DNA from: a virus | Taxonomy: Duplodnaviria; Heunggongvirae; Uroviricota; Caudoviricetes | Strand: one strand, 5' to 3' | DNA length: 64,000 bases | IMG/VR virus record: IMGVR_UViG_3300029288_003766 | Span: 25,787 to 89,786 of that record | In this document: piece by piece, positions 35,509-44,416 of the stretch | Position numbering within the stretch: position 1 is the first letter of the stretch | Layout: each line of letters begins with the position of its first letter | The notes under the pieces: model-generated | The model's database searches: none | What the model was told of the DNA's origin: nothing | Seen by the model: the letters and a program-made list of their open reading frames with translations, nothing else | Made by a program: the position numbers and the translations under genes

Positions 35509-35870
35509 AACAACCAGGAGATCTTATTCAGTTAACAAACCAGGAATGTGAGATAGTAGAATGTGAGGAATGTGAGGATTTGATGGTCAACATTGATTTA
35601 GAGGACTTAGCTAGGGGAGATTTAGCAATCTTGAAGAAAGAGGGGATTAAAATTTCTAATCCTGATACAGATGATCCAATCTGCCTAGATTGTGAAATCA
35701 AGCGCGAGGACTCCGAACATGAGCTCAAGAGGAAAGTAAATAATTATATGTCTCCTAGCCACCACGATCACGATGATTCAAGCTTCTTTGGTGGTGGCGG
35801 TTTTGGAGGTGGGTTTGGAGGGTTTGGTGGTGGTGTAACTAGTGGTGGAGGAGCCACAGGAGGATTCTAG
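35505..35870 (+). CDS. hypothetical protein with Gly-rich C-terminal tail
   Basis: Acidic N-terminal part, tail FGGGGFGGGFGGFGGGVTSGGGATGGF. Confidence 0.45.
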   Translation: MKQPGDLIQLTNQECEIVECEECEDLMVNIDLEDLARGDLAILKKEGIKISNPDTDDPICLDCEIKREDSEHELKRKVNNYMSPSHHDHDDSSFFGGGGFGGGFGGFGGGVTSGGGATGGF

Positions 35871-36052
35871 TGTTTTTGGGGCTGCCTTGGTGGGTTTGGT
35901 TAATAATAGTTGCTCTTATAATCTTAGGAGCAATTGTGGGTAGTGATGATGATGGCGGTGGTGGTTCTTCGGGTGGTGGATATAGCGGGGGAGGTTTTGG
36001 AGGATTTGGCGGGGGATCTTCTTCTGGTGGTGGAGCATCAGGAGGATTCTAA
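35870..36052 (+). CDS. small TM protein with duplicated Gly-rich tail
   Basis: TM helix WWVWLIIVALIILGAIVG then GGGFGGFGGGSSSGGGASGGF, nearly identical to the upstream ORF tail. Confidence 0.45.
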   Translation: MFLGLPWWVWLIIVALIILGAIVGSDDDGGGGSSGGGYSGGGFGGFGGGSSSGGGASGGF

Positions 36053-36070
36053 TAATATTCATTAGGCAAG

Positions 36071-36150
36071 GCTTGGGTATCGTTTAACCCGATCCGCAGG
36101 AATGCGAAGTAGATTATGGATGTGTGTAGGTTCGAGTCCTACCCCAAGCC
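36071..36150 (+). ncRNA. tRNA-like element (acceptor stem + D-like arm + canonical T-arm, no anticodon arm)
   Basis: GCTTGGG (36071-36077) pairs perfectly with CCCAAGC (36143-36149). T-arm GTAGG-TTCGAGT-CCTAC at 36126-36142. D-like hairpin ATCG-TTTAACC-CGAT at 36079-36093. GNRA hairpin CGCA-GGAA-TGCG at 36095-36106. Confidence 0.35.
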
Positions 36151-36175
36151 GTGCCTGATAAATGAGGAAAATAAT

Positions 36176-36409
36176 ATGGATCAAGAAATTATTGACCGGA
36201 TAAATGATATACATGAACACCCTGAAAACCACAAACATTCTTATAATGACCTCCTAAAATGCTCACTAGTAAAAGGAATACTTGATTTAGCATTACTACA
36301 GGCTCACCAAGACTTCGTTGATCTAGGGTCAAATGGGGGCGTTAAATGTGATACTGTAGAAGGCCCTTGTGCTTGCGGTGCATGGCATGAAAAGAGTGAG
36401 AACAAATAA
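36176..36409 (+). CDS. hypothetical His/Cys-containing small protein (77 aa)
   Basis: I preferred the ATG at 36176 to the track start at 36116, because the upstream part forms the tRNA-like structure. Confidence 0.45.
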   Translation: MDQEIIDRINDIHEHPENHKHSYNDLLKCSLVKGILDLALLQAHQDFVDLGSNGGVKCDTVEGPCACGAWHEKSENK

Positions 36410-36450
36410 TCGTAATTTTTTCCTGTTTCCAGGCTATAATATAGTAGGAT
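36409..36450 (+). promoter_or_regulatory. conserved promoter-like motif copy B
   Basis: ATCGTAATTTTTTCCTGTTTCCAGGCTATAATATAGTAGGAT; 35 nt upstream of the ATG at 36485. Confidence 0.55.
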
Positions 36451-36484
36451 AGATTTATACTTAAGACCCGAAAGGAACATAAAT

Positions 36485-37321
36485 ATGCCTCGTGGAAGGA
36501 TGATAAATAAGAAGATAAGTAAGAACCATGAACTAGCCAAACTTTCTTGTAAAGCTGCCCTACTTTATAGCTGGTGCATACCACATTTGGACGTAGAAGG
36601 ACGCATAGAAGCCTCTCCGCAGATCATAAAAGGGGTTGTGGTGCCCTACCGGAAGGACTTTACACTAGCTGTGATCCAACAATGTATCGAAGAAATTGCC
36701 CAAACAAAAGACCTAGTTGTGTATTATGGAAATAATCATAAGTATATGCAATTCTTAGGGTTTCCTAAAAATCAAACCCTCCATAGAGATAGAGAATCAC
36801 CATCTGAAATACCACCCCCTACTCATGAGGAACTCATGAGTAGGTCCTGCTTAAATATAAATATAAATACAAATACAAGTTTAAATACAAGTTCGGAGCA
36901 AGGCTCCGAACCGCCTATCATAAGAGATACTAAGGGTTTTCAGCCTGAGGAAAAGAAAAACAAAAACAAAAAAGATCAGGATAGGGTTACACCAGAGATT
37001 AAAGATCTTATGGATTATTTTTACTCAGCTTATGAAAAATCCATTAAGGATGTTTATTTTGCTAAAAATTTTACAAATGACCGTAGAATATTTGAAGATT
37101 TGGTAAAAGCTGGTATGTCAATAATAGAAGTAAAAGCCAATATAGATAGATTTTTTATTAGTGATGATAAGTTCATCAGGAATAGCTCATATACAACAGG
37201 AATATTCAAATCTGTTATTCTTATATTAAAAAGAGGTAGGAAAGAAACAGCTATGGAAGAATCAGATAGGATACGCAAAGAACGGATCGCTAAAAGGAAT
37301 AGTGAAAAGGAGAAGAAGTGA
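36485..37321 (+). CDS. hypothetical protein, possible replication initiation/organiser protein
   Basis: 278 aa with low-complexity NINININTNTSLNTSS linker; placed directly upstream of the helicase-loader-like gene. Confidence 0.4.
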   Translation: MPRGRMINKKISKNHELAKLSCKAALLYSWCIPHLDVEGRIEASPQIIKGVVVPYRKDFTLAVIQQCIEEIAQTKDLVVYYGNNHKYMQFLGFPKNQTLHRDRESPSEIPPPTHEELMSRSCLNININTNTSLNTSSEQGSEPPIIRDTKGFQPEEKKNKNKKDQDRVTPEIKDLMDYFYSAYEKSIKDVYFAKNFTNDRRIFEDLVKAGMSIIEVKANIDRFFISDDKFIRNSSYTTGIFKSVILILKRGRKETAMEESDRIRKERIAKRNSEKEKK

Positions 37322-37977
37322 GTAAATCATTAGAAACTCTGGAATATTTTAAAACTCTTCCTAGCTCATTATATAGTTTTGGTATTCCTCATATCCATTC
37401 TGATTCACATCTATATAATTTTAATAATCCTTATACGGATGATAATAATGATTTTTGGATTAAACTTAAAGATACTACAGAAAAGTTTATGACATTGGAT
37501 ATTAAACAATGTCCTAGATATTTATTTCTTTGTGGCTGCCCCGGATCTGGTAAGACAAAATATGCTGTTAGTCTTTATAGAGCTATGCTTCAGAAGCGTG
37601 GCCTAGGATCTGGTGGGGGTGGTGTTTTCTTCACCAGTTTTATAAATATGGCTATGGAGATTATATTGGGATTTAAGGATGATATGCCACTACGTGTTTC
37701 TTTGGAAGGATATCTAGAAGATCAGTGGTTGTTTTTGGATGATTTTACATCATCCGAGCGTATATTTAAAAAAGACTCTATGGAGTACCAGTTGTTTCGG
37801 GATATTATTATTAACCGCTGGGATTCTGGGAAAACTCTTATAACATCTTCTAATTTAGAATCTGATATCCTGATGAAGAAACTTGATGAGATGTTTGGTG
37901 ACTATCTTGTATCTAGATTATCCGATTCAGTAGTTATACAATTTCCTGATGATGATCTAAGAAAGATAAAAAAATGA
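37318..37977 (+). CDS. DnaC/IstB-like AAA+ ATPase (putative helicase loader)
   Basis: Walker A LFLCGCPGSGKTKYA and Walker B LFLDDF; 219 aa. Confidence 0.55.
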   Translation: MSKSLETLEYFKTLPSSLYSFGIPHIHSDSHLYNFNNPYTDDNNDFWIKLKDTTEKFMTLDIKQCPRYLFLCGCPGSGKTKYAVSLYRAMLQKRGLGSGGGGVFFTSFINMAMEIILGFKDDMPLRVSLEGYLEDQWLFLDDFTSSERIFKKDSMEYQLFRDIIINRWDSGKTLITSSNLESDILMKKLDEMFGDYLVSRLSDSVVIQFPDDDLRKIKK

Positions 37978-38441
37978 AAATAGGAATAGTAGGCCACGGT
38001 GCCGATAAATTTACAGAGAAAACCAAGAAAAAAGCTCAGAAGACTATACTTGATATTCTAGATCCCGTAGTTTTACTTTGTAAAGATAAAGAGGGTGTTA
38101 TTCTCGTTTCTGGTCATAGTCCTGTTGGTGGAGTTGATATTTACGCTGAGGATATTTGCAAAAAGCTGGGTATGCCTTTAGATTTAAAAATTCCGAGGCA
38201 ACACATTTGGGACGCTGAATATGGTTATAAACAACGAAACCTGGATATTGCCCGGGATAGTGATGAAGTCCATGTTATTTTGGTTGATAAATATCCTGAA
38301 GGATATAAGGGTATGAGATTTAATAAGTGTTACCACTGTAATACATCAGATCATATTAAGTCTGGTGGATGTTGGACGGGTAAACAAGCAGGGAAGCTTG
38401 GTAAGAAAGTGTTTTGGCATATAATTAAACAGGAGAAATAA
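37974..38441 (+). CDS. Rossmann-fold nucleotide-binding protein (SLOG/DprA-like)
   Basis: GIVGHGADKF ... ILVSGHSPVGGVDIYAE pattern. Confidence 0.3.
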   Translation: MKIGIVGHGADKFTEKTKKKAQKTILDILDPVVLLCKDKEGVILVSGHSPVGGVDIYAEDICKKLGMPLDLKIPRQHIWDAEYGYKQRNLDIARDSDEVHVILVDKYPEGYKGMRFNKCYHCNTSDHIKSGGCWTGKQAGKLGKKVFWHIIKQEK

Positions 38442-38614
38442 TGGGGGACCTACAACCTATATTCAAAGCAGCTACCCCAGAACAAATAGCAAAAAGACCA
38501 AAGCAATTCTATTCATATTCAAGTGTGTCTAGTTCATCATGTACTGTTTCTACATCAACAAGTTCTAGTTCAAATATGAGGCATAATGAACAAAAAAGAA
38601 AAAGAGATAAATAA
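38441..38614 (+). CDS. small protein with PIFKAATPEQIAKRP motif and Ser-rich tail (57 aa)
   Basis: TAATG overlap with upstream stop; MGDLQPIFKAATPEQIAKRPKQF...SSS-rich. Unlisted in the track. Confidence 0.35.
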   Translation: MGDLQPIFKAATPEQIAKRPKQFYSYSSVSSSSCTVSTSTSSSSNMRHNEQKRKRDK

Positions 38615-38774
38615 TCTTTTGGTTAAGGCCTGGAACAAGTTTCTTAAATTAAAGAAGCAGCATCCTTGTGATGAACAAGATTTTTGTGGTGGTATCCATC
38701 AATGTCAATATGTATTAGGTATGAGATTAGCGAGACAATATGAACCTAAAATTTTTCCGGTAAAAATTAAATAG
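38586..38774 (+). CDS. hypothetical protein (62 aa)
   Basis: Small ORF overlapping the previous one in another frame. Confidence 0.35.
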   Translation: MNKKEKEINNLLVKAWNKFLKLKKQHPCDEQDFCGGIHQCQYVLGMRLARQYEPKIFPVKIK

Positions 38775-38778
38775 GAGT

Positions 38779-39036
38779 ATGATGAGCAGAATTAAGCCTA
38801 TATTTAAAGCAGCAACACCAGAACAGATTGCTAAAAGGCCAAACAAAATAATTTTAGCTGGTGGTTATATTCATCCAGGAATTTATGAGCGCGAGATTGA
38901 TATTGGTGATTATATACGCGAGCGCACAATTAATTTTCGTGATGACATGGAAATGCTAAATAAGAGAATTTTAGAGGCGTTGGGGATACCCGAGGATTTT
39001 TATCCACGCATAGTTCTATCAACAAAAACTAAATAG
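38779..39036 (+). CDS. hypothetical protein with PIFKAATPEQIAKRP N-terminal motif (85 aa)
   Basis: MMSRIKPIFKAATPEQIAKRPNKI; third member of the motif family. Confidence 0.45.
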   Translation: MMSRIKPIFKAATPEQIAKRPNKIILAGGYIHPGIYEREIDIGDYIRERTINFRDDMEMLNKRILEALGIPEDFYPRIVLSTKTK

Positions 39037-39046
39037 GAGACTAACT

Positions 39047-40369
39047 TTGGATTGGGATACTTTTTTTGTGATGTTCCTCCGAAACAGGGAGATATTCTAC
39101 AAGTTTAGTGACATTATACCTCAGAGTGGTCATGAGAACATCTTTCACGATGCTATCAAAAACAACCTCTTTATTCAGATCAAGATTTTTGCGGATAAGT
39201 ACAAGAGGATCCCTACTTTTGATGAGCTGCTGCTTACATTAGACAATCTACCTGAAACTGAACTAGAGAACAAAAAGTCATATGTTAATTTTATTAGTAA
39301 GATTAGTAAGGCTAATGTAGATATTGAAGTAGATGTCTTTTCTAATCAGCTGACTAAAGCGATCCAATCTTATGAGATGGAACACTTTCTTATGAGATCA
39401 GCTAATAAGGTGATAAGCCAGAGTATTACCCCGGAAGATATGATTAGTGATATACGCAATATAATGATCAAGTTTGAGCCAAAGAGTTGTGGGGTTGATG
39501 TTACTGATGTTGCCTGGGCTATGAAGTTTATAAGGCCTGATTATTCAGAGCGCTCTCCTACAGGTATTATCGAACTTGATAGGGTGTTATATGGTGGGTA
39601 TGGTTTGGAAGAGATTACAATAATAATGGCTCCACCAGGGACTGGTAAAAGTTTCTTTCTGATCAATGCTATGTATTATGCTATGCAAGCCGGTAAGAAT
39701 GTATTATATGTAACTTTGGAATTATCTGAGAGAGCAGTTCTGAGAAGGTTATATGGTAGGGTGGCGTACGCAAACAAAAAAGAGCTGTTGGAAGAGCAGA
39801 TGATTTCTGACAGAGCCGGATTATTCTTTAGGTTGGCGAACGCAGAAGGAAGGATAATCAATTTTCCGGGTAGAAGTTTGACAGTATCAGGATTAGAGGC
39901 TGTAATGGAACAGCAGATGATGTATTTTGGGTTGAGACCCAATATCCTGATAGTAGACTATCTTGATGAGCTATCTCCAAGATCTACTGATTATAAAAAT
40001 GAGCTTAGACAACAATTGAGGAATATCACTAGTGATTTGAGAAGTATATCCGGTAGATATAATATCCCGGTTTTAAGTGCAACCCAAGCAAATCGTGAAT
40101 CACTATCAAAAGATAAGATTACTAAGGCCAATGTATCAGAATCATTTGGTAAGGTTGAGGTGGCTGATGTAATTATAGCCATATGTCAAACAGAGGAGGA
40201 GAAAGTAGCTAAGAAAGCGAGGCTAGTAGTGCTTAAGAATAGGGATGGTACGGCTGATGATTGTTTTGAAGTCTATTTCGATTTTGATACTATGTTCTTG
40301 AGTGATATGGCCAGTGCAGCTAAGTTTGGGTTAACAATCAAAACTACACTAGAAAGGGAGATAAAATGA
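39047..40369 (+). CDS. DnaB-family replicative DNA helicase
   Basis: Walker A IIMAPPGTGKSFF, Walker B ILIVDYLDEL, SATQANRE and other RecA-fold helicase motifs in C-terminal half. Confidence 0.8.
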   Translation: MDWDTFFVMFLRNREIFYKFSDIIPQSGHENIFHDAIKNNLFIQIKIFADKYKRIPTFDELLLTLDNLPETELENKKSYVNFISKISKANVDIEVDVFSNQLTKAIQSYEMEHFLMRSANKVISQSITPEDMISDIRNIMIKFEPKSCGVDVTDVAWAMKFIRPDYSERSPTGIIELDRVLYGGYGLEEITIIMAPPGTGKSFFLINAMYYAMQAGKNVLYVTLELSERAVLRRLYGRVAYANKKELLEEQMISDRAGLFFRLANAEGRIINFPGRSLTVSGLEAVMEQQMMYFGLRPNILIVDYLDELSPRSTDYKNELRQQLRNITSDLRSISGRYNIPVLSATQANRESLSKDKITKANVSESFGKVEVADVIIAICQTEEEKVAKKARLVVLKNRDGTADDCFEVYFDFDTMFLSDMASAAKFGLTIKTTLEREIK

Positions 40370-40605
40370 AGCAGGCGAGGAAAATGAAAAGTTTAGTAGG
40401 ATGGTGTAGAAAAAATTGGATACAAGATTTTAAATCCAACTCGATTACTCACGAAGTACAACACGCAAGGATACATACTAATGAAAAGGATTATTTAAGA
40501 TACAACATCTGGGACAAAATAATAAAAGTCCGCATTACCATAGAAGAACTCCCCCCTAAAAAGGTGAGGCGGACATGTCCCATCTGTAAGGAGGAGTTTA
40601 AGTGA
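40366..40605 (+). CDS. zinc-finger small protein (79 aa)
   Basis: C-terminal CPICKEEF; coupled to helicase gene. Confidence 0.4.
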   Translation: MKQARKMKSLVGWCRKNWIQDFKSNSITHEVQHARIHTNEKDYLRYNIWDKIIKVRITIEELPPKKVRRTCPICKEEFK

Positions 40606-40626
40606 GGAACTCTAAAGGAGTGTCTA

Positions 40627-40752
40627 ATGAAAAAGAAAAATAAAAAGATTAGAAGAGATTCAATTTGCAATGATTGCCAAGAAACCTATACAAGAAAAGA
40701 TAAATACAAAAGAAAAACCTGCTCAGAATATGTTCCACCATTTGCTGAATAG
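40627..40752 (+). CDS. small basic zinc-ribbon-like peptide (41 aa)
   Basis: AAGGAG RBS 8 nt upstream; CNDCQ ... CSEY. Confidence 0.3.
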   Translation: MKKKNKKIRRDSICNDCQETYTRKDKYKRKTCSEYVPPFAE

Positions 40753-40797
40753 TAGATAAATGAACTTATACAATCCACAACATAAAGGAGGAACAAA

Positions 40798-41316
40798 ATG
40801 AAGAAGTTAGTTGTGTTGGTTTTGATATCATCAGTGTTGTTGTCTTTTGGTTCAGTATATGCTCGACCTGATCATCAAGGTAGAAGTAACTACCAAGCAA
40901 GGGGAAATAGAGGTAACCAACACCCGGGTGGATATCATCACCCAAGGGGCTATCATTATTATGGTGGTCGTTATTGGTTAGGAGAAGCAATAATAGTAGG
41001 ATTAGCAGCCGGGATGATCATATCAACTTTTGATCGTCAACCGGATGTGGTGGTAGTTAGTGGTACTCAATATTATTATGATGGTACATATTACTATCGG
41101 CAGGGTCCCAACGGATATGTTGTAGTTAATCCACCTATTGTGGTGGCTCCTGCTCCTATTGAGAACACTAGTATTACTTTTCATCTTCTAAACAGTAATG
41201 GTATTATAACTGATGTGATGTTAGTTAAAAAAGGATCTGGCTGGGTCGGACCAAGAGGTGAATACTACACAGATATGCCTTCTATTGATCAATTAAGATC
41301 TTTGTATTGTAGATAA
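40798..41316 (+). CDS. secreted/membrane protein with signal peptide
   Basis: AGGAGG RBS. MKKLVVLVLISSVLLSFGSVYA signal, His/Tyr/Gly-rich region, internal TM helix. Confidence 0.55.
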   Translation: MKKLVVLVLISSVLLSFGSVYARPDHQGRSNYQARGNRGNQHPGGYHHPRGYHYYGGRYWLGEAIIVGLAAGMIISTFDRQPDVVVVSGTQYYYDGTYYYRQGPNGYVVVNPPIVVAPAPIENTSITFHLLNSNGIITDVMLVKKGSGWVGPRGEYYTDMPSIDQLRSLYCR

Positions 41317-41330
41317 ATTTAAGGAAGATT

Positions 41331-42200
41331 ATGTGGCAAGATACAATAAAAAGATATTATAAACATAAGATCTACAGAGATGAGATAATTCTCAAGACCT
41401 GTCCTTATTGTGATAATCGAAAGTTCAATCTGCAGATTAGTACGAGTAAGGGAATTTTCAACTGCTGGGCTTGTTCTGCAAAAGGAAAAGTTGAGAAGTT
41501 CTTTAAGGATCAGAATCTTGATTTTGATAAGACGAACTGGCAGTCTAGTGCTCCTATGGCTGGCAAGCCAGCTGCTGAGCATATGGACTTTAGTGGGTTT
41601 AGGCCAGTTGAATATGATTTGCATAAGAAATTTTTGAGCAGCCGAGGAATTACGCGGGAAGATATACCTAAATACAATTTAATGACTACTGGGTATGGTA
41701 GATACAAGGATAAGCTGATTATACCCCTCAAAGAAGGTAACGAGGTGGTTTATTTTGTTTCCCGAGATATGTTTAATAAAGGTAGATACTGTAATCCTGT
41801 TATCAATAAGAAAGAACATCTCTTGTATTATACGGGAAAGAAGAACAGCCTGAGTTTATACATTGTAGAGGGGGCGTTCGATGCTATATCACTTAACAAG
41901 ATAGGTTTTTCAGTAGCTATGTTATTAGGATCTAGCATCTCTAAAGAACAGATTGACAAGATTAAACGAATTGGTTTTAAGGAGGTGGTGGTCTGCTTGG
42001 ATGGGGACCTAAAGAAGAAGGCACTGGATCTGTATAAGAAGCTGTATAATTATGGGCTACAGACTAAGATTGTGCTTATCCCCGGTTTGGATGATCCTAA
42101 TGATTTATATGTGGCTGATAAGGATTATTTAATTAAATTATTATCTAACCCCAAAGAAATTACTGTGAAAGATCAGGTGGAGATGGTCCTATGCAAGTAG
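41331..42200 (+). CDS. DnaG-type DNA primase (zinc ribbon + TOPRIM)
   Basis: CPYCDN...CWACSAKG zinc-binding domain, TOPRIM acidic motifs YIVEGAFDAISL and VVVCLDGDLKK. Confidence 0.75.
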   Translation: MWQDTIKRYYKHKIYRDEIILKTCPYCDNRKFNLQISTSKGIFNCWACSAKGKVEKFFKDQNLDFDKTNWQSSAPMAGKPAAEHMDFSGFRPVEYDLHKKFLSSRGITREDIPKYNLMTTGYGRYKDKLIIPLKEGNEVVYFVSRDMFNKGRYCNPVINKKEHLLYYTGKKNSLSLYIVEGAFDAISLNKIGFSVAMLLGSSISKEQIDKIKRIGFKEVVVCLDGDLKKKALDLYKKLYNYGLQTKIVLIPGLDDPNDLYVADKDYLIKLLSNPKEITVKDQVEMVLCK

Positions 42201-42391
42201 ATAAAATGTCGGATAAGGATCTTTTGGAATATATCCGAAATAGAAAATATTATTGTTGTTTTTGTGCTGATCTGCAGAAAAAGGTTATTGAAAATGGATT
42301 AGAGGAAATAGATAAATATGACGGGATGATTTGTGGTGGTGTAGAAGACATGTTGATAAGAAGGGGAAGATATGATGCACCGCTTGACTAA
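42191..42391 (+). CDS. hypothetical protein (66 aa)
   Basis: Coupled to primase gene. Confidence 0.35.
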   Translation: MQVDKMSDKDLLEYIRNRKYYCCFCADLQKKVIENGLEEIDKYDGMICGGVEDMLIRRGRYDAPLD

Positions 42392-42465
42392 GACAGAAAT
42401 ATTTTTGTTGGTTGCTTTGGTTGTGGATTTTGTTTTATTAGTGGTAACTGCTTGGAGAGGTGTAA

Positions 42466-43971
42466 GTGAAGATTAACATTGGTCCTAGTTTTTGTACGGT
42501 TGAAGGAACAAACGCTGAGCTTTCTTGGTTGAGCGGAGTTTTAACATTTAAAGTTCCTGGTGCTCAATACTCTACACTCTATAAGAGGCACCAGTGGGAT
42601 GGTAAAAAGAGATTTTTAAACTTCAAAGAAAGGGCTTTCCCTATAGGGCTATTATCATATGTTCTAAAAGCAGATAAAGCTAATCAAATTATCATTAATG
42701 ATACTAGGGAATTTCCAAAGGTAAATGATGAGTCTTTTGCTCTAAATACTATTATTTTACGTGATTACCAAATTGATGCTGTGAAGGCCTGTTTGAAGTA
42801 CAAGAACTGCCTTGTAGAAGTAGCTACAAATGGTGGCAAGACAGCTATTTTTTCATGTTTGATAAAAAAACTTTATCCTACTCCCATATTGGTTTTGACA
42901 CATAGGAAAGAACTGCTTGACCAGACGGTTAAATTTATTGAAAGGTACACTGGGCTTGAATGTGGTTTTATCACCTCTACTGATTTGCTTATAAAACCTA
43001 TTACCGTGGCTATGATTACTACTCTGGTTAACCGAATTGATGTGGATCAGGAGGTAACAGACTTCTTTAAGAGCCTAAAGTGTGTGATCCATGATGAGGT
43101 TCATCACGCCGAAGCAAAACAATTTTCTACAGTTTTGGCAGCCTGCCCAGCTCCTTACCGTTGGGGGTTCTCAGGTACTGTGCCACCAGAGAAAGATTTT
43201 AAGGGTGTTTTAGTCCGCCAATTTTTGGGGGATGTAGTGTTTAAGATTTCTAATAAAGAATTGATTGATCGTGAAGTATCGGCCAAACCCAAAGTATATT
43301 TATGCGAAATAGATGTTACTGCTTCTGTGAAAGGAGTGTTTGCGTTAGCTAAGGATGAGGTAGCTACTGAAATAGCAGATGTTAAGAAAATGTTTGCTGC
43401 CGGGCAGATTGAGGAGAAAGTATATGATGCTAAGATTGCAAAGATATCCTCTCCAAGGCATCTTATGAAGAAAGTATATGATTTTACTATAAAAAAAGGA
43501 ATAGTTGGTAATGATGAGCGTAACAATAGAGTGATTGACATAATAAATAAAAATGCTAATAAGTCTGTTTTAGTTGTTGTTGACTATTTGGAACATGGTA
43601 GGTTGATGGAACAATTATTACGAAAGAATAAGATAGACGCTACATTTATATCAGGTGATCTGATAGAAGCTAAGGTTAGGAAATTAGCCTTGCTAGATTT
43701 TAAGAACGGAAAACTAAAGGTTCTTGTAAGCACTTGTATAATAGACGAAGGCATAGATATAGACAAGATCGAGCTGCTTATTTTATTAGCTGGTAAGAAA
43801 TCTAGAAGACAGCTTCTCCAGAGATTTGGCCGCTGCCTACGCAAAAAGGAAGGAGAGAATGTAGTATCAGTATTTGATTTTGTGGATATTGGGAACAAGT
43901 ATTTGTTGGGGCATTCTAGGGAAAGACTGGCGATTTACAAACATGAACAATTTGATTTGGATTTTGTGTGA
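42466..43971 (+). CDS. SF2 DEAD/DEAH-box-type helicase (UvsW-like)
   Basis: Motif I ATNGGKT, motif II IHDEVHH, motif VI QRFGRCLR. Confidence 0.75.
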   Translation: MKINIGPSFCTVEGTNAELSWLSGVLTFKVPGAQYSTLYKRHQWDGKKRFLNFKERAFPIGLLSYVLKADKANQIIINDTREFPKVNDESFALNTIILRDYQIDAVKACLKYKNCLVEVATNGGKTAIFSCLIKKLYPTPILVLTHRKELLDQTVKFIERYTGLECGFITSTDLLIKPITVAMITTLVNRIDVDQEVTDFFKSLKCVIHDEVHHAEAKQFSTVLAACPAPYRWGFSGTVPPEKDFKGVLVRQFLGDVVFKISNKELIDREVSAKPKVYLCEIDVTASVKGVFALAKDEVATEIADVKKMFAAGQIEEKVYDAKIAKISSPRHLMKKVYDFTIKKGIVGNDERNNRVIDIINKNANKSVLVVVDYLEHGRLMEQLLRKNKIDATFISGDLIEAKVRKLALLDFKNGKLKVLVSTCIIDEGIDIDKIELLILLAGKKSRRQLLQRFGRCLRKKEGENVVSVFDFVDIGNKYLLGHSRERLAIYKHEQFDLDFV

Positions 43972-43980
43972 GGAGATTTT

Positions 43981-44160
43981 ATGAATAAGTATTTAATGCG
44001 GGATATAATAGAAAAACACGCTGAGGACTATTACCAAAGTTTATTAAGACACAACGTTGAAAAAGAAAGAGCTACTATAATCAAATATGGTATACTGGAT
44101 TTCGTATCTTCTAAACAGGCTGAATTATATGATGATTTATACGAGGTGGTGGATGATTAA
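43981..44160 (+). CDS. hypothetical small protein (59 aa)
   Basis: ATG 9 nt after helicase stop; unlisted in track. Confidence 0.3.
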   Translation: MNKYLMRDIIEKHAEDYYQSLLRHNVEKERATIIKYGILDFVSSKQAELYDDLYEVVDD

Positions 44161-44353
44161 TTCTGACAACACATTCGGTACGTTCGAAATATTTTGCGAC
44201 TTTTGCGATAAGAGCGAATTATTTGAAACAGACGGTGATTTTAGGGGGTTTATATCTGAGGCCAAGGATCTTGGATGGAAGATCTCAAAAGATAAAAATA
44301 TTTGGGTTCACAGGTGCCCAACCTGCGCACAAGAAATAGTAAAAAAATCATAA
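44153..44353 (+). CDS. zinc-ribbon small protein
   Basis: Start at the ATG at 44153 (MINSDNTFG), then CDFCD ... CPTCAQ. Confidence 0.4.
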   Translation: MINSDNTFGTFEIFCDFCDKSELFETDGDFRGFISEAKDLGWKISKDKNIWVHRCPTCAQEIVKKS

Positions 44354-44388
44354 TTTTTTCCTACTTCCCAGCTATTATATAGTAGGAT
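44347..44388 (+). promoter_or_regulatory. conserved promoter-like motif copy C
   Basis: ATCATAATTTTTTCCTACTTCCCAGCTATTATATAGTAGGAT, identical to copy A; 29 nt upstream of ATG 44417. Confidence 0.55.
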
Positions 44389-44416
44389 ATGAACAGATCA
44401 CATAAGGAGGGGTAAA

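Noticed and set aside
36071-36150. Calling the tRNA-like element a bona fide tRNA gene
   Set aside because: No anticodon stem-loop can be drawn and the D region is atypical. Kept as a tRNA-like ncRNA candidate only.
36116-36175. Track start (ATG 36116) for the 36116-36409 ORF
   Set aside because: The first 60 nt form the T-arm and acceptor helix of the tRNA-like element. An ATG at 36176 with an upstream GAGGAAA is a cleaner start.
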